IMG/VR virus record: IMGVR_UViG_3300028596_000001
Reading direction: 5' to 3' (one strand)
DNA length: 64,000 nt
Source: a virus
Lineage: Duplodnaviria > Caudoviricetes
Below the pieces are notes generated by a model. The model saw nothing but the letters and a program-made list of their open reading frames with translations, was not told where the DNA came from and did not search any database. Position 1 is the stretch's first letter, and the number at the start of each line of letters is the position of its first letter. A program made the translations under genes and the position numbers. Positions 1 through 8,618 of the stretch are shown one piece after another.

Positions 1-600
1 ATGAGTCAAGAGGTTTATGTATTCGACCCTGCGACGGTAGCCTGGACTAAACTGGCAAACACACCGAATGCGGTTGCGTTGCATACGGCAGTACCCATTA
101 AAGGCAAGATCTACATATTCGCTGGGTTCAATGGAGGAGCTCCGGTAAACGATCTGTACGAGTATGATCCTGTCGCGAATACCTATCGAACCATTGCTAA
201 CAGCCAGCCTGTCCAACACGGCCACAAGGCAGTAGCGATCGGCGACCGTATGTTTGTTGTGGGCGGGGTGTCTAGCTCGACATTGCTCAACCGTTGTGTT
301 GCTTACGACCCTGTAAACAACACCTGGCAACACTACGCGGCTTCTCCTGTTGGTAACACCTACACCTTCGTTGGTGCATTAGGTAACTACATCTACATGT
401 TTGGGGGTAGCCTTAACAACATCACGACAACCAACAACCGTTTGTTCAAGTTTAGTCTGGAGACTAACAGTTGGGCTGAACTTCCGTCTGGTGCTAGTCC
501 CGCTTACCTTGGCTGGATGGCCGTCTCGGATAAAGCACTTTATTTGCACGGCGGTTATAACAACACTGCGGTACTTGCCGAGCTTTGGGAAGTCAAGTAA
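1..600 (+). CDS. Kelch-repeat beta-propeller protein (probably 5'-truncated by the window edge)
   Basis: Four ~47-aa repeats with the hydrophobic-GG...W kelch signature (KIYIFAG, RMFVVGG, YIYMFGG, ALYLHGG). Confidence 0.85.
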   Translation: MSQEVYVFDPATVAWTKLANTPNAVALHTAVPIKGKIYIFAGFNGGAPVNDLYEYDPVANTYRTIANSQPVQHGHKAVAIGDRMFVVGGVSSSTLLNRCVAYDPVNNTWQHYAASPVGNTYTFVGALGNYIYMFGGSLNNITTTNNRLFKFSLETNSWAELPSGASPAYLGWMAVSDKALYLHGGYNNTAVLAELWEVK

Positions 601-634
601 TGCTTAATACTCTATTAACCAAAGGCTAAAGGAA

Positions 635-1336
635 ATGATCGAGCTTTTAGGATTCGTTGGTAAATCTAACGTTAGTCCTCCTGTTGGTGTGGATAATTTC
701 TTCTTCTTTGACGGACCTACTCCCCCAACACTTACCCTGACCTTAGGAGGTTCAGCGGCATTCGAATCGACGCCTACAATCGATGGAAAGACAGCGTCAT
801 TCACCACCACAGCAGATACGCTAAAAGTTACATTCGGAACCCCTCTTAACTTGAGTACATCCGACTGGACTTTGGAGTGGTCGATAATTAACCAGGCAGT
901 GCCTGCGGCGGATTACGCTGCTGAGCTGGGGCTGTTTCCAGCTAATGGTGGTGTGGCCGGTCTCCAGGCTCGTTACGGTAGTCCAGGTTTTGGTAACCGT
1001 CTACAGTTCGGTGGGAGAATGGCTGCTCTAGAAACCTGTTATAGTTCTCAATACACTAAATCCGGATTGGTCGGTGTGCTGAAACGTTTTGCCCTGGTTT
1101 CCAAGAACAAGAGCATTACGTTATACGTTAATGGCGTTAGGGAAAACTTTGCGTTGGGTACTACCAACACATACAACACCACGGCTTTTGGATTAGACAC
1201 GGACATGTCTGCCATTACCAACTTGCTGTTGGGTAGTAACCCTCTTGCAGGCGGTTCTGTATTGGCTAAGCGTGGTCCGGTGAAACTCAGCATGTTCGCT
1301 AAGTACAGTGCCAATTACACGCCGGTTCCATTTTGA
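635..1336 (+). CDS. Concanavalin A/LamG-like beta-sandwich protein, putative virion accessory protein
   Basis: DWTLEWSI and RFALVSKNKSITLYVNG match the LamG pattern; AAGGA RBS upstream. Confidence 0.6.
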   Translation: MIELLGFVGKSNVSPPVGVDNFFFFDGPTPPTLTLTLGGSAAFESTPTIDGKTASFTTTADTLKVTFGTPLNLSTSDWTLEWSIINQAVPAADYAAELGLFPANGGVAGLQARYGSPGFGNRLQFGGRMAALETCYSSQYTKSGLVGVLKRFALVSKNKSITLYVNGVRENFALGTTNTYNTTAFGLDTDMSAITNLLLGSNPLAGGSVLAKRGPVKLSMFAKYSANYTPVPF

Positions 1337-1337
1337 A

Positions 1338-1393
1338 GCAAAAAAAAGAAACATATACTACCCCTAGCCCTTAACGGGGCTAGGGGTAGTATA
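1338..1393 (-). terminator. Intrinsic terminator between convergent genes
   Basis: 17-bp stem tatactacccctagccc/gggctaggggtagtata followed on the minus strand by TTTCTTTTTTTTGC. Confidence 0.8.
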
Positions 1394-1397
1394 GTCA

Positions 1398-1958
1398 CTA
1401 TAGGTTTTTCAGGACCTTGCCCTTACGCTGATATTCAGCCAACGCTTCCCGTGGAATTTCTGGATCGATATCCGGGTGTTGGTGGACGATGCTGTCATCC
1501 AGTTGCTGGCGGATTACTTCAAGTGCTAACTTGAGTTTCTCACCGTCCATCTCGCCCAGCGAGCCATCCAGGTTTCTACCGGCCTTGTACTGTTCGTGTT
1601 GGAAAGTACCCGATTCCTTGATACCGGCTGCCCACAACTGGGTCATCACGTAGGACTCAAGGTACTTACCGTAGAACAAATCCACGTTGAGCAGTTGCCC
1701 TTTGTGGAAGTGCAGCTTCGACGCATTACCGTCGAGAATGCCGGTGAAGGTCAGAAGATCTTTTTCGTAAGCCGCTTTAGCTTCCGCCAAATACTCCAGC
1801 GGGTAATTGTGGTAAACCGCTTTGATTTGGCCATCAGCGCCAACATCGATACCACCAATACCGAGATCCCAACGAACTTGCGTATGGAAACCTTTTTCGA
1901 TCTGTACGCCATGGAAGCCAAGACCCTCCTGGAAGTTAATATCAGTTACCCAACCCAT
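1398..1958 (-). CDS. Hypothetical protein
   Basis: 186-aa ORF with AGGAG RBS, in operon. Confidence 0.7.
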   Translation of the reverse strand: MGWVTDINFQEGLGFHGVQIEKGFHTQVRWDLGIGGIDVGADGQIKAVYHNYPLEYLAEAKAAYEKDLLTFTGILDGNASKLHFHKGQLLNVDLFYGKYLESYVMTQLWAAGIKESGTFQHEQYKAGRNLDGSLGEMDGEKLKLALEVIRQQLDDSIVHQHPDIDPEIPREALAEYQRKGKVLKNL

Positions 1959-1967
1959 AACAGCTCC

Positions 1968-2645
1968 TTACATCACTTGTAGTCCATTGAGATTCAACAG
2001 AGTAAACTTACCACGACCAGGTTTCCACCCTTCAGTGTCGATGTAATAAGTGTTACCCAACTTCAACATATCCGTTACCGGGTTATGTCCCACTACCAAG
2101 GCGCGAACACCTGTAATCCTGGTAGTGTCTTTCTCTTCGAACCGTGCACGGCTGTACATGCACTTGTTCATTACCTTCTTGTGTTCCTTACGACGGCTAT
2201 CGTCACGCAGACGCGCTACAAGCTCATCCCAGCTGTCGTAAGCACAACCGGCATGCACAATACCAACTAACCCGTATTTGGTCTCTACCTCGATTGCAAT
2301 GGGCAGAGCATCAAAAGGAACAGAGAACAACTCCTGCTCTTGTGGGGTGAACGCTTTAAACCAACTACCGGCGTTTTCTAACCAACTGGGCGAGGTCAGA
2401 TAACGAGAAACATGGTCGTCATGATTACCCTTTACCGAGAACACCCAGTCTTTGTTTAACCAATTAAAAGCTTCACGGTTCTCCGGCCCACGATCAACCA
2501 GATCTCCTACAATGAACAAACGATCAATCAGTGGGTTGAACTTAATCCGGTCCAATTCCACCTGTAGGTAACTGAAGTGCCCATGCACATCACCTACAGC
2601 GATATCTCGCCCCTCGGTGTTTACTCCAAATCGCTTAACATACAT
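1968..2645 (-). CDS. Calcineurin-like metallophosphoesterase (lambda phosphatase/PrpA-like)
   Basis: Motifs GDVHG, GDLVDRG, GNHD, VHAG, VGHNP, IDT. Confidence 0.92.
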   Translation of the reverse strand: MYVKRFGVNTEGRDIAVGDVHGHFSYLQVELDRIKFNPLIDRLFIVGDLVDRGPENREAFNWLNKDWVFSVKGNHDDHVSRYLTSPSWLENAGSWFKAFTPQEQELFSVPFDALPIAIEVETKYGLVGIVHAGCAYDSWDELVARLRDDSRRKEHKKVMNKCMYSRARFEEKDTTRITGVRALVVGHNPVTDMLKLGNTYYIDTEGWKPGRGKFTLLNLNGLQVM

Positions 2646-2660
2646 AGCCCCATTCCTTTA

Positions 2661-3194
2661 TTAGGTCCGGGAAGCTAGTCCCGGTACGTACAATAACCAA
2701 TTACCGTGAATCATAATAGAAATTTGATCGCTCTCTTTGTCGTAAGCGACCTTTGGACAAACCTTAACAGCTAAGGTATCTGCCAAAGTAGGCTCCGCCA
2801 TAAAGCCTCGGTAAGCAGGATCACCAATCATGGCGGTAGGAGCTTGTGTAAGCACCTCTACCCAACGTTCTTGTTCATCCCGGAGGGTATCCATGATTAC
2901 CTGGATATCTCGTGGGGAGAACGTAGGGAAGCCGATGGCGAGTTCGTGGTACCAGTCTTTGTTGAAGTCGCCGTTGATGTTAAGCAGTGGCGTCTTCTCA
3001 ATGAATTCAACAACCCGTAACCGTAAACATTCACCGATTACTTGACCTTTATCCCAAGGGCTAGGGTCGATAGCACCTGGGTAACCGCCGTCGAAAGCGC
3101 GGTCCATGAAACTGGTCGGTACTGGTTCTTTTTCTTGTGGTTTGAAAAGAAAACTCTTAACCCGCATACTTACAGTATTTACAAGGTGGCGCAT
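2661..3194 (-). CDS. Hypothetical protein
   Basis: 177-aa ORF with AGGAG RBS. Confidence 0.7.
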   Translation of the reverse strand: MRHLVNTVSMRVKSFLFKPQEKEPVPTSFMDRAFDGGYPGAIDPSPWDKGQVIGECLRLRVVEFIEKTPLLNINGDFNKDWYHELAIGFPTFSPRDIQVIMDTLRDEQERWVEVLTQAPTAMIGDPAYRGFMAEPTLADTLAVKVCPKVAYDKESDQISIMIHGNWLLYVPGLASRT

Positions 3195-3209
3195 AATAGT
3201 TCTCCTTTA

Positions 3210-3244
3210 AGTAAAACTATCTAGCGGTGTTACCCGCTAGATAG
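3210..3244 (-). terminator. Intrinsic terminator
   Basis: 11-bp stem ctatctagcgg/ccgctagatag followed by TTTTAC on the minus strand, just after the 3257 stop. Confidence 0.6.
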
Positions 3245-3256
3245 CCACACTGCTTA

Positions 3257-3814
3257 CTACTTGATAGTAGCTTCGCGCTTGCCGGTAGCAAAGGCGTTCT
3301 GGGTTGCTTCGTCAGACACGATCCGGCACATGGTCAGTACGTCTTTCTTCGGGAAGCCTGCCATCTTCAACAGCCAGCCACGAACCAGGTAGTCACGGGT
3401 GGTTTCGTACTGGGTACACAGTTCGATCTTGCGGTCCTGGGAAATCTTGAATTCAGAACCACCGCCGTCGATGATGTCATGGACTTTCAGGAACAGCTTC
3501 GAATCCACAGTGGGGTTCTGTTCCTGGATCCATTGCATCGTAGCCTGACTACCATTCTTGCCGTAACGACCTTCCACCGCAGCCTGCACCACTTCCTTGA
3601 GGGAGTTGGTGTACTGCTTGTTCAGACCCACAGCATCCTGGATCTTGATGGTGGTGGTGCTCAACACGTTTTCACTTTTGGTGTTGAGTGCCTTGATGTC
3701 GTTTTCGAAGGTGATCGCGGTGTCGTGCATGCTCTGGTAGCCCAGGAACAATGCACCAGCCACACCGCCGATGATCAGAAACAGCACGCCAACAACAATA
3801 CCAGCTACTTTCAT
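3257..3814 (-). CDS. LemA-like membrane-anchored helical protein
   Basis: N-terminal TM helix; EQNPTVDSKLF...CTQYETTR...WLLKMAGFP resembles the LemA C-terminal half; biased codon usage. Confidence 0.7.
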   Translation of the reverse strand: MKVAGIVVGVLFLIIGGVAGALFLGYQSMHDTAITFENDIKALNTKSENVLSTTTIKIQDAVGLNKQYTNSLKEVVQAAVEGRYGKNGSQATMQWIQEQNPTVDSKLFLKVHDIIDGGGSEFKISQDRKIELCTQYETTRDYLVRGWLLKMAGFPKKDVLTMCRIVSDEATQNAFATGKREATIK

Positions 3815-3832
3815 TTTCTTGCTTTCCTTGAG

Positions 3833-4927
3833 TTATGCAACGTCTTCTTTAATTACATACACCGCGATACCGATGGCGGAAGCCAGGTTCAGCAATACCA
3901 TGGTAACAATTACCCAGGTGGGCGGTATCCACCCGTTCTTCATGTATTCGAACTTCTTGTTCGAGACACGTTTGAAGTCTTCTTTGATCAGATGGTACTG
4001 TTCTTGCACCAACTGGTCAGTGAACTTACGTTCGTAGGTCATACTCTGGAGTTGCTTGAGCATGATCTGGTTATCTTGCCCGTCAGCAAACGACATGGCC
4101 CGAGCCCACTTAATGTTCTCTTCATCGTCGATGCCATAGAACAAGATTACGTCATTCTTACGAGCACCACTCCAATACTCCATGAGAGCATAGAAATAGT
4201 CGTCAGGGTTCTGCGTTACTACCAGGATGACGTTAAGTTGCTTGGTAGGGCCATCATGACTGAGTTGCGCATTCAGCCAGATGTTGATACCATCGTAATC
4301 CGTATTAACCCCAGGATCCTGGACAACACGGTTGAAACGATAGTAGTCGTACGGTTTTGGATATGCGGGCAGTTTACCAACGTAGCGGTTATGCATGGCT
4401 GTATCCACTTTGAAGCGGTTACGGTCCAGTAGCATGAAGTTAGTAACCATCCCAACCTGTGCAACCGGGTCGGCTACCTCCACCACGCTGTAACGCTCTG
4501 GCATCTTCAAGCCGCGACGATCCGCACGATCAATGGTGTACGTCCCCAAAGTCGTGTAAACGTCCCAGTCGACGTCGTAGGAGTGCTCATCGCAGTACTT
4601 GGGCCGACATACCGTACGGGAGCGCCGCTTACCCTTGGAATCCGTGTAACTCTCCGACTTACAGGTCTCCCCGCACTTGTACTGGTGACTACAGGACACG
4701 TGTACCGAGTCCTTACCAGTAACAAATCCGTTAAAGATGCTGATGTCAGACGTTTGGGAAGAAGCGGCTGCCGCGATAACACCCATACATAGCGCGGTAC
4801 TAACAATAGCACCCAAGCCCTGCAAGGCCCATTCTTTCGGAGTGATCTTGTGCGGGAAGAAGAACTTCGCGATCAAAGCCACCAAGAAAGCCGGTATGAA
4901 AACTAAAGGGAAATAAAACCCCATCAA
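3833..4927 (-). CDS. Membrane protein with a Cys-rich loop and a TPM-like domain
   Basis: Two N-terminal and one C-terminal TM helices; CSHQYKCGETC...VCRPKYC loop; QLNVILVVT...YWSGARKNDVILFYG resembles the TPM fold. Confidence 0.6.
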   Translation of the reverse strand: MMGFYFPLVFIPAFLVALIAKFFFPHKITPKEWALQGLGAIVSTALCMGVIAAAASSQTSDISIFNGFVTGKDSVHVSCSHQYKCGETCKSESYTDSKGKRRSRTVCRPKYCDEHSYDVDWDVYTTLGTYTIDRADRRGLKMPERYSVVEVADPVAQVGMVTNFMLLDRNRFKVDTAMHNRYVGKLPAYPKPYDYYRFNRVVQDPGVNTDYDGINIWLNAQLSHDGPTKQLNVILVVTQNPDDYFYALMEYWSGARKNDVILFYGIDDEENIKWARAMSFADGQDNQIMLKQLQSMTYERKFTDQLVQEQYHLIKEDFKRVSNKKFEYMKNGWIPPTWVIVTMVLLNLASAIGIAVYVIKEDVA

Positions 4928-5328
4928 CTACTCTCCTTATACTCCTTGTAGGCTTTGGCGTTTTCCTTAGCCTTATCTTCTCGACATACGAATGTATCAT
5001 ACACACCGGTGCAATGACGATAGTTGTAGTCTTTCGCCCAGGCGTCCAGATCACCCATGGTTTTTGCATAACCTAGCGCACACAGTAAAACAAAAGTGCC
5101 TAGGAGCAGCCAACCAACGAAGTTAGTCATTGGCGGGTCTTTCACAATCTTCACTGGCGGACGACGTGGTAGCACTGGCTTGTGCTTAGGGACCAACGGT
5201 AGCTTGGCGTGTGTTTCATACTTCCGTGACGGCGGAGGTGCCGCAGGAGCAGGAGGACGTTTGTAACTATGCCCTGGATACTCCTTGCCTTCCAGATCAT
5301 CAGGCGGGGGTATGGTGTCACGAGTCAT
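4924..5328 (-). CDS. Membrane-anchored CX8C paralog 6, with a Pro-rich N-terminus
   Basis: Start reassigned to ATG 5328 (GAGGTG RBS); TM helix then CTGVYDTFVC. Confidence 0.8.
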   Translation of the reverse strand: MTRDTIPPPDDLEGKEYPGHSYKRPPAPAAPPPSRKYETHAKLPLVPKHKPVLPRRPPVKIVKDPPMTNFVGWLLLGTFVLLCALGYAKTMGDLDAWAKDYNYRHCTGVYDTFVCREDKAKENAKAYKEYKESS

Positions 5329-5330
5329 AA

Positions 5331-5540
5331 TCACCTCGGCAAACAAGAAATGAAGAAAACCCACATGCCGATAACAGCAAGGATCAGCAACCAAAACCAA
5401 AGGTCATCGTTCAACTCTTTGGGTTGGTCTGCTTTAGCTGTACCGGGTTTGCGTATGTATACAAATACACCAGTAGAAGGGTCGTCTATGACGACCTCTT
5501 CTTTGGCTATGTATTGTCCCTCAATTGGTTTTGAGGGCAT
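5331..5540 (-). CDS. Small protein with a C-terminal TM helix
   Basis: 69 aa ending LWFWLLILAVIGMWVFFISCLPR. Confidence 0.7.
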   Translation of the reverse strand: MPSKPIEGQYIAKEEVVIDDPSTGVFVYIRKPGTAKADQPKELNDDLWFWLLILAVIGMWVFFISCLPR

Positions 5541-5790
5541 TGAGTCCTTCCTCGTACTGTTGTCTGAGTTCCGCTTGTTTCAAGCGTACTTGCAGGCATT
5601 CAGGAGTGGCGTATTCTTCCGCACAGACAGTACGGTTGTGGGCGTCTTTAAGACGACGAGCATTTTCCCCGTCAACCTTGATGCCGTAGAACACCGCCCC
5701 ATAAACAAGGACTACGATAAGTGCGAATATAGCAACGACAAACCAGCACCCAGGTCCGCCCTTAATTAGGATTTCCCCCAGTCGTTTCAT
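5521..5790 (-). CDS. Membrane-anchored CX8C paralog 5
   Basis: TM helix, CAEEYATPEC, coiled coil; 4-nt overlap with the upstream gene. Confidence 0.8.
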   Translation of the reverse strand: MKRLGEILIKGGPGCWFVVAIFALIVVLVYGAVFYGIKVDGENARRLKDAHNRTVCAEEYATPECLQVRLKQAELRQQYEEGLNALKTN

Positions 5791-6017
5791 TTAAGCAACT
5801 CCTTTTGTCGACTTTCCAACAAGAGTTTCTCGATCTTGTACTGGTGGCAAGGAATGGTGTCGAAGCGACCAACACAATTGGTCTTGTTATCTTCACGGAT
5901 CTCGCCACGACGCATCTCAACCCACTTCTCTATTAGCAGTACGGAAGGCACGCCTATCACAACAATAATAGCAATGCGGCTCAAATACCACCACCACCAC
6001 GTATTACGTCCTCTCAT
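5787..6017 (-). CDS. Membrane-anchored CX8C paralog 4
   Basis: TM helix, CVGRFDTIPC, coiled coil; ATGA overlap. Confidence 0.8.
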   Translation of the reverse strand: MRGRNTWWWWYLSRIAIIVVIGVPSVLLIEKWVEMRRGEIREDNKTNCVGRFDTIPCHQYKIEKLLLESRQKELLK

Positions 6018-6247
6018 TTATTTACTTCCTTCAGCTTGCGCTGGTACTCTTCTTCGATAACCGATTTCTGAAGCTTCTTAGTGTGGCAGGCAGGGAGATC
6101 CCACTCAGCCTCACAGTTCTTCTTCTGCAAGTCTTCATTGGCCTCGTAGAAACCATAGGAAAAGCAAGTAACACACAGCAAGAACATTCCAACTAACGAA
6201 AATACAAACCGGCCGCTGGTGCCGTCTTCGTCATCATAACAACTCAT
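6014..6247 (-). CDS. Membrane-anchored CX8C paralog 3
   Basis: TM helix, CEAEWDLPAC, coiled coil; ATGA overlap. Confidence 0.8.
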   Translation of the reverse strand: MSCYDDEDGTSGRFVFSLVGMFLLCVTCFSYGFYEANEDLQKKNCEAEWDLPACHTKKLQKSVIEEEYQRKLKEVNK

Positions 6248-6480
6248 TTATTTAGTTCCTGGAGTTTTTGTTCGTAGGCTTCTTTAGCCTGTACTTTCTT
6301 TATGCGCTTTTCCAAACAGTCGACGGTTTCATATTCGACAGTACACAGATCCGCACGTTCACGCCGATCATATTCGGTAGACGCTTTGCCAATACCAATC
6401 AAGACAAGAATAATCACCGCCACCGTACTGAGGAGTTTTAATCCGTCCATAAAGGTGAAGCGGGTATCATTTCGACTCAT
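6244..6480 (-). CDS. Membrane-anchored CX8C paralog 2
   Basis: TM helix, CTVEYETVDC, coiled coil. Confidence 0.8.
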   Translation of the reverse strand: MSRNDTRFTFMDGLKLLSTVAVIILVLIGIGKASTEYDRRERADLCTVEYETVDCLEKRIKKVQAKEAYEQKLQELNK

Positions 6481-6760
6481 TGCTCTCTCCCGCTTTAAGG
6501 GTTTCTTCGAGCGCCTTAGTCAGACAAAGAGGATTGTTCATCAGTAACTTACACTCCGATTTAGTGGGTGTGTTACGAATAACCTCTTGCTGCCGTTTGG
6601 CGTCTGCCAGGAACGCTTCGGTGGTCTTTTTGTAGTCAGCACTGAGGGCCGCCAGCTGTACCAAGAAAGAAATACAGATAGTAGGAATGGCTGCCATGCA
6701 AAACAAGAACAACCAATCCCAACGGTTAAGGCTACGTACTTTCTTTACGATCTGCTTCAA
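6467..6760 (-). CDS. Membrane-anchored CX8C paralog 1
   Basis: TM helix, CKLLMNNPLC. Confidence 0.75.
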   Translation of the reverse strand: MKQIVKKVRSLNRWDWLFLFCMAAIPTICISFLVQLAALSADYKKTTEAFLADAKRQQEVIRNTPTKSECKLLMNNPLCLTKALEETLKAGESNESK

Positions 6761-7284
6761 TCGCCACAGCTCCCACCACCACTGTCGCCACCACTGCTGC
6801 CGCTATCGCCGCTATCACTACCACGGCCGTAGTCTGTCGGTGTATCGATAACGCAAGCGCTACGCTCAGGGCGACGGTAGCTGTCGTCATCACCGCTGGA
6901 CAGCACAGTATGTGCTACTGCCAGGTGCATGAGCGTATTGTCTGGTTCATGGTAACGTGGACCGGGCTGTTGGCCAGGATAATTCACACGACGCATTGGA
7001 GGAGGTGGTGGTGGTTGGCGATTCTGGCCAGTTAACGGATGTACTGGCGGAATAGAGCGCGTATAACCGGCAGGGGCTTCATGCATGCCGTAACCAGGAT
7101 TAACGCTAGATTTCCAGGTTGGGGTCTCGGGGCTTTCCATTGGCTCTTCCCCATGGTTTCTACGTAGGGCTTCAATGAACTCCTTATCCCCTGGCTTTAC
7201 CTTGATACGGCTACGGAACATCACGAAACCAACACACGCGCCACCCAGGCCAATTACACCCAGTACAATCGATCCCAAATCCAT
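6757..7284 (-). CDS. Membrane-anchored Pro-rich protein with a Gly/Ser/Asp tail
   Basis: N-terminal TM helix, PPPPPP, C-terminal SGDSGSSGGDSGGGSCGD. Confidence 0.75.
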   Translation of the reverse strand: MDLGSIVLGVIGLGGACVGFVMFRSRIKVKPGDKEFIEALRRNHGEEPMESPETPTWKSSVNPGYGMHEAPAGYTRSIPPVHPLTGQNRQPPPPPPMRRVNYPGQQPGPRYHEPDNTLMHLAVAHTVLSSGDDDSYRRPERSACVIDTPTDYGRGSDSGDSGSSGGDSGGGSCGD

Positions 7285-7347
7285 AAATAATCTCCCGTGG
7301 TTAAAGTACCTACCGGAGTCCCGAAGGACCCCGATAGGATTTCTAAA

Positions 7348-7674
7348 TTATTGTTTAGACAGTAACGAAATACGGCGCTTACCTTCCGCAAATGCTTCCG
7401 GGCCAGTACGCCCGGTTTGAGCTTTATACCAATCCATCCAACTAGCCGAAGGAGAGAAAGGATCAAAGGTGCTAAGCATGACAGGCTCTGGGGTAGGAGG
7501 CATGTTATCTGGGTGATTATTCCCGGACTTACCTTGCTGCCAATTGAGAGTACTGGTATTGGCATCTACCAGATACAACTCCTTCTCATAACCGTCCACA
7601 GTTACCTTGTAGATGATCTTCCCCTCGTGGTTGCGCCCCACTTGGTCTACCCGCGCGTTCTTTTCCAGGTTCAT
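7348..7674 (-). CDS. Hypothetical protein with a WxxWY motif
   Basis: 108-aa ORF; WMDWYKAQTGRTGPEAFAEG. Confidence 0.75.
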   Translation of the reverse strand: MNLEKNARVDQVGRNHEGKIIYKVTVDGYEKELYLVDANTSTLNWQQGKSGNNHPDNMPPTPEPVMLSTFDPFSPSASWMDWYKAQTGRTGPEAFAEGKRRISLLSKQ

Positions 7675-7677
7675 GGT

Positions 7678-8238
7678 TTACTCCGGTTTAGGCTTAGGGA
7701 AGATTCCGTCGGCAGGATCCCGGTATGCACCATAGGTCGGGTCGATAACCGCCGTCAGCGTTTTCCAGTTCTCGAGCAGCTTCTCCAGACCCTCTTGAGT
7801 TAATCCAAGGGTAGCTGGGTTGGCAACTTCGAAACAGTCAACGATAAGCTTACCGGGCAACTTAGGGAACTTCTTTAGGATCTCGGCGCCCAGATGCGCC
7901 ATATCGTTTTGATCCAAGATCCCCACGCAGTAGGCAACACGGTTAACCATGAGGCTGATTCGCGACAGGACCATCGAACGATCTTCGAAACTTTTACGTA
8001 CTTCTTTCAAAGTACGACGGAACCCTACAGCTTCCATAAACGATTCGCCAGATTTAGAAGGCAGCCAGTTGCTGAAGTAACCGTCCGGAATGACCCGAAC
8101 CTCCACACCTTTGTCAACTACTTTACCCTCGATAGCATCGATTGCAACGCCGTGAGGTATTAAAGTCCCTTGACGCAACATGCGACCGAGCGACTGCTTA
8201 TTAACTGGTTCTGGCTGAGTATCTTTATCTTTTGTCAT
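7678..8238 (-). CDS. Hypothetical protein
   Basis: 186-aa ORF tightly packed in operon. Confidence 0.7.
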   Translation of the reverse strand: MTKDKDTQPEPVNKQSLGRMLRQGTLIPHGVAIDAIEGKVVDKGVEVRVIPDGYFSNWLPSKSGESFMEAVGFRRTLKEVRKSFEDRSMVLSRISLMVNRVAYCVGILDQNDMAHLGAEILKKFPKLPGKLIVDCFEVANPATLGLTQEGLEKLLENWKTLTAVIDPTYGAYRDPADGIFPKPKPE

Positions 8239-8240
8239 TA

Positions 8241-8618
8241 TTACATTCCTCGTTTAAGAGCCAAACTGTAAGCATACGCTTCTTCTGGGGACATCTTGTC
8301 TTCACGGGCCATGTGCATCACCCAAAGCAAAGAGATATGTCCATCAGAAGTAAGCATGGTATCTGGAACAGGGATGATGTTGTCAGGAATGGTAAGAACC
8401 AAATCAGCAACAATCTTCCGTTTTATAGTTTCCCCGTAGTCCCTTACCATACGGTCACCTACGTTCTTCGCTTGTCCAAAACGAGGAATTTGTTTTACTC
8501 TACCTAACAAGTGAGGCTTCCAATACTCAATCCAGACGTCGTTCACTTCATCTGGATTGGTGGTAAATACCGAAGGTTCGTTGTCCTTCGGTAAGTACAA
8601 AACTATTCCGTCGTCCAT
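8241..8618 (-). CDS. Hypothetical protein
   Basis: 125-aa ORF; TAATG coupling to the upstream gene. Confidence 0.7.
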   Translation of the reverse strand: MDDGIVLYLPKDNEPSVFTTNPDEVNDVWIEYWKPHLLGRVKQIPRFGQAKNVGDRMVRDYGETIKRKIVADLVLTIPDNIIPVPDTMLTSDGHISLLWVMHMAREDKMSPEEAYAYSLALKRGM

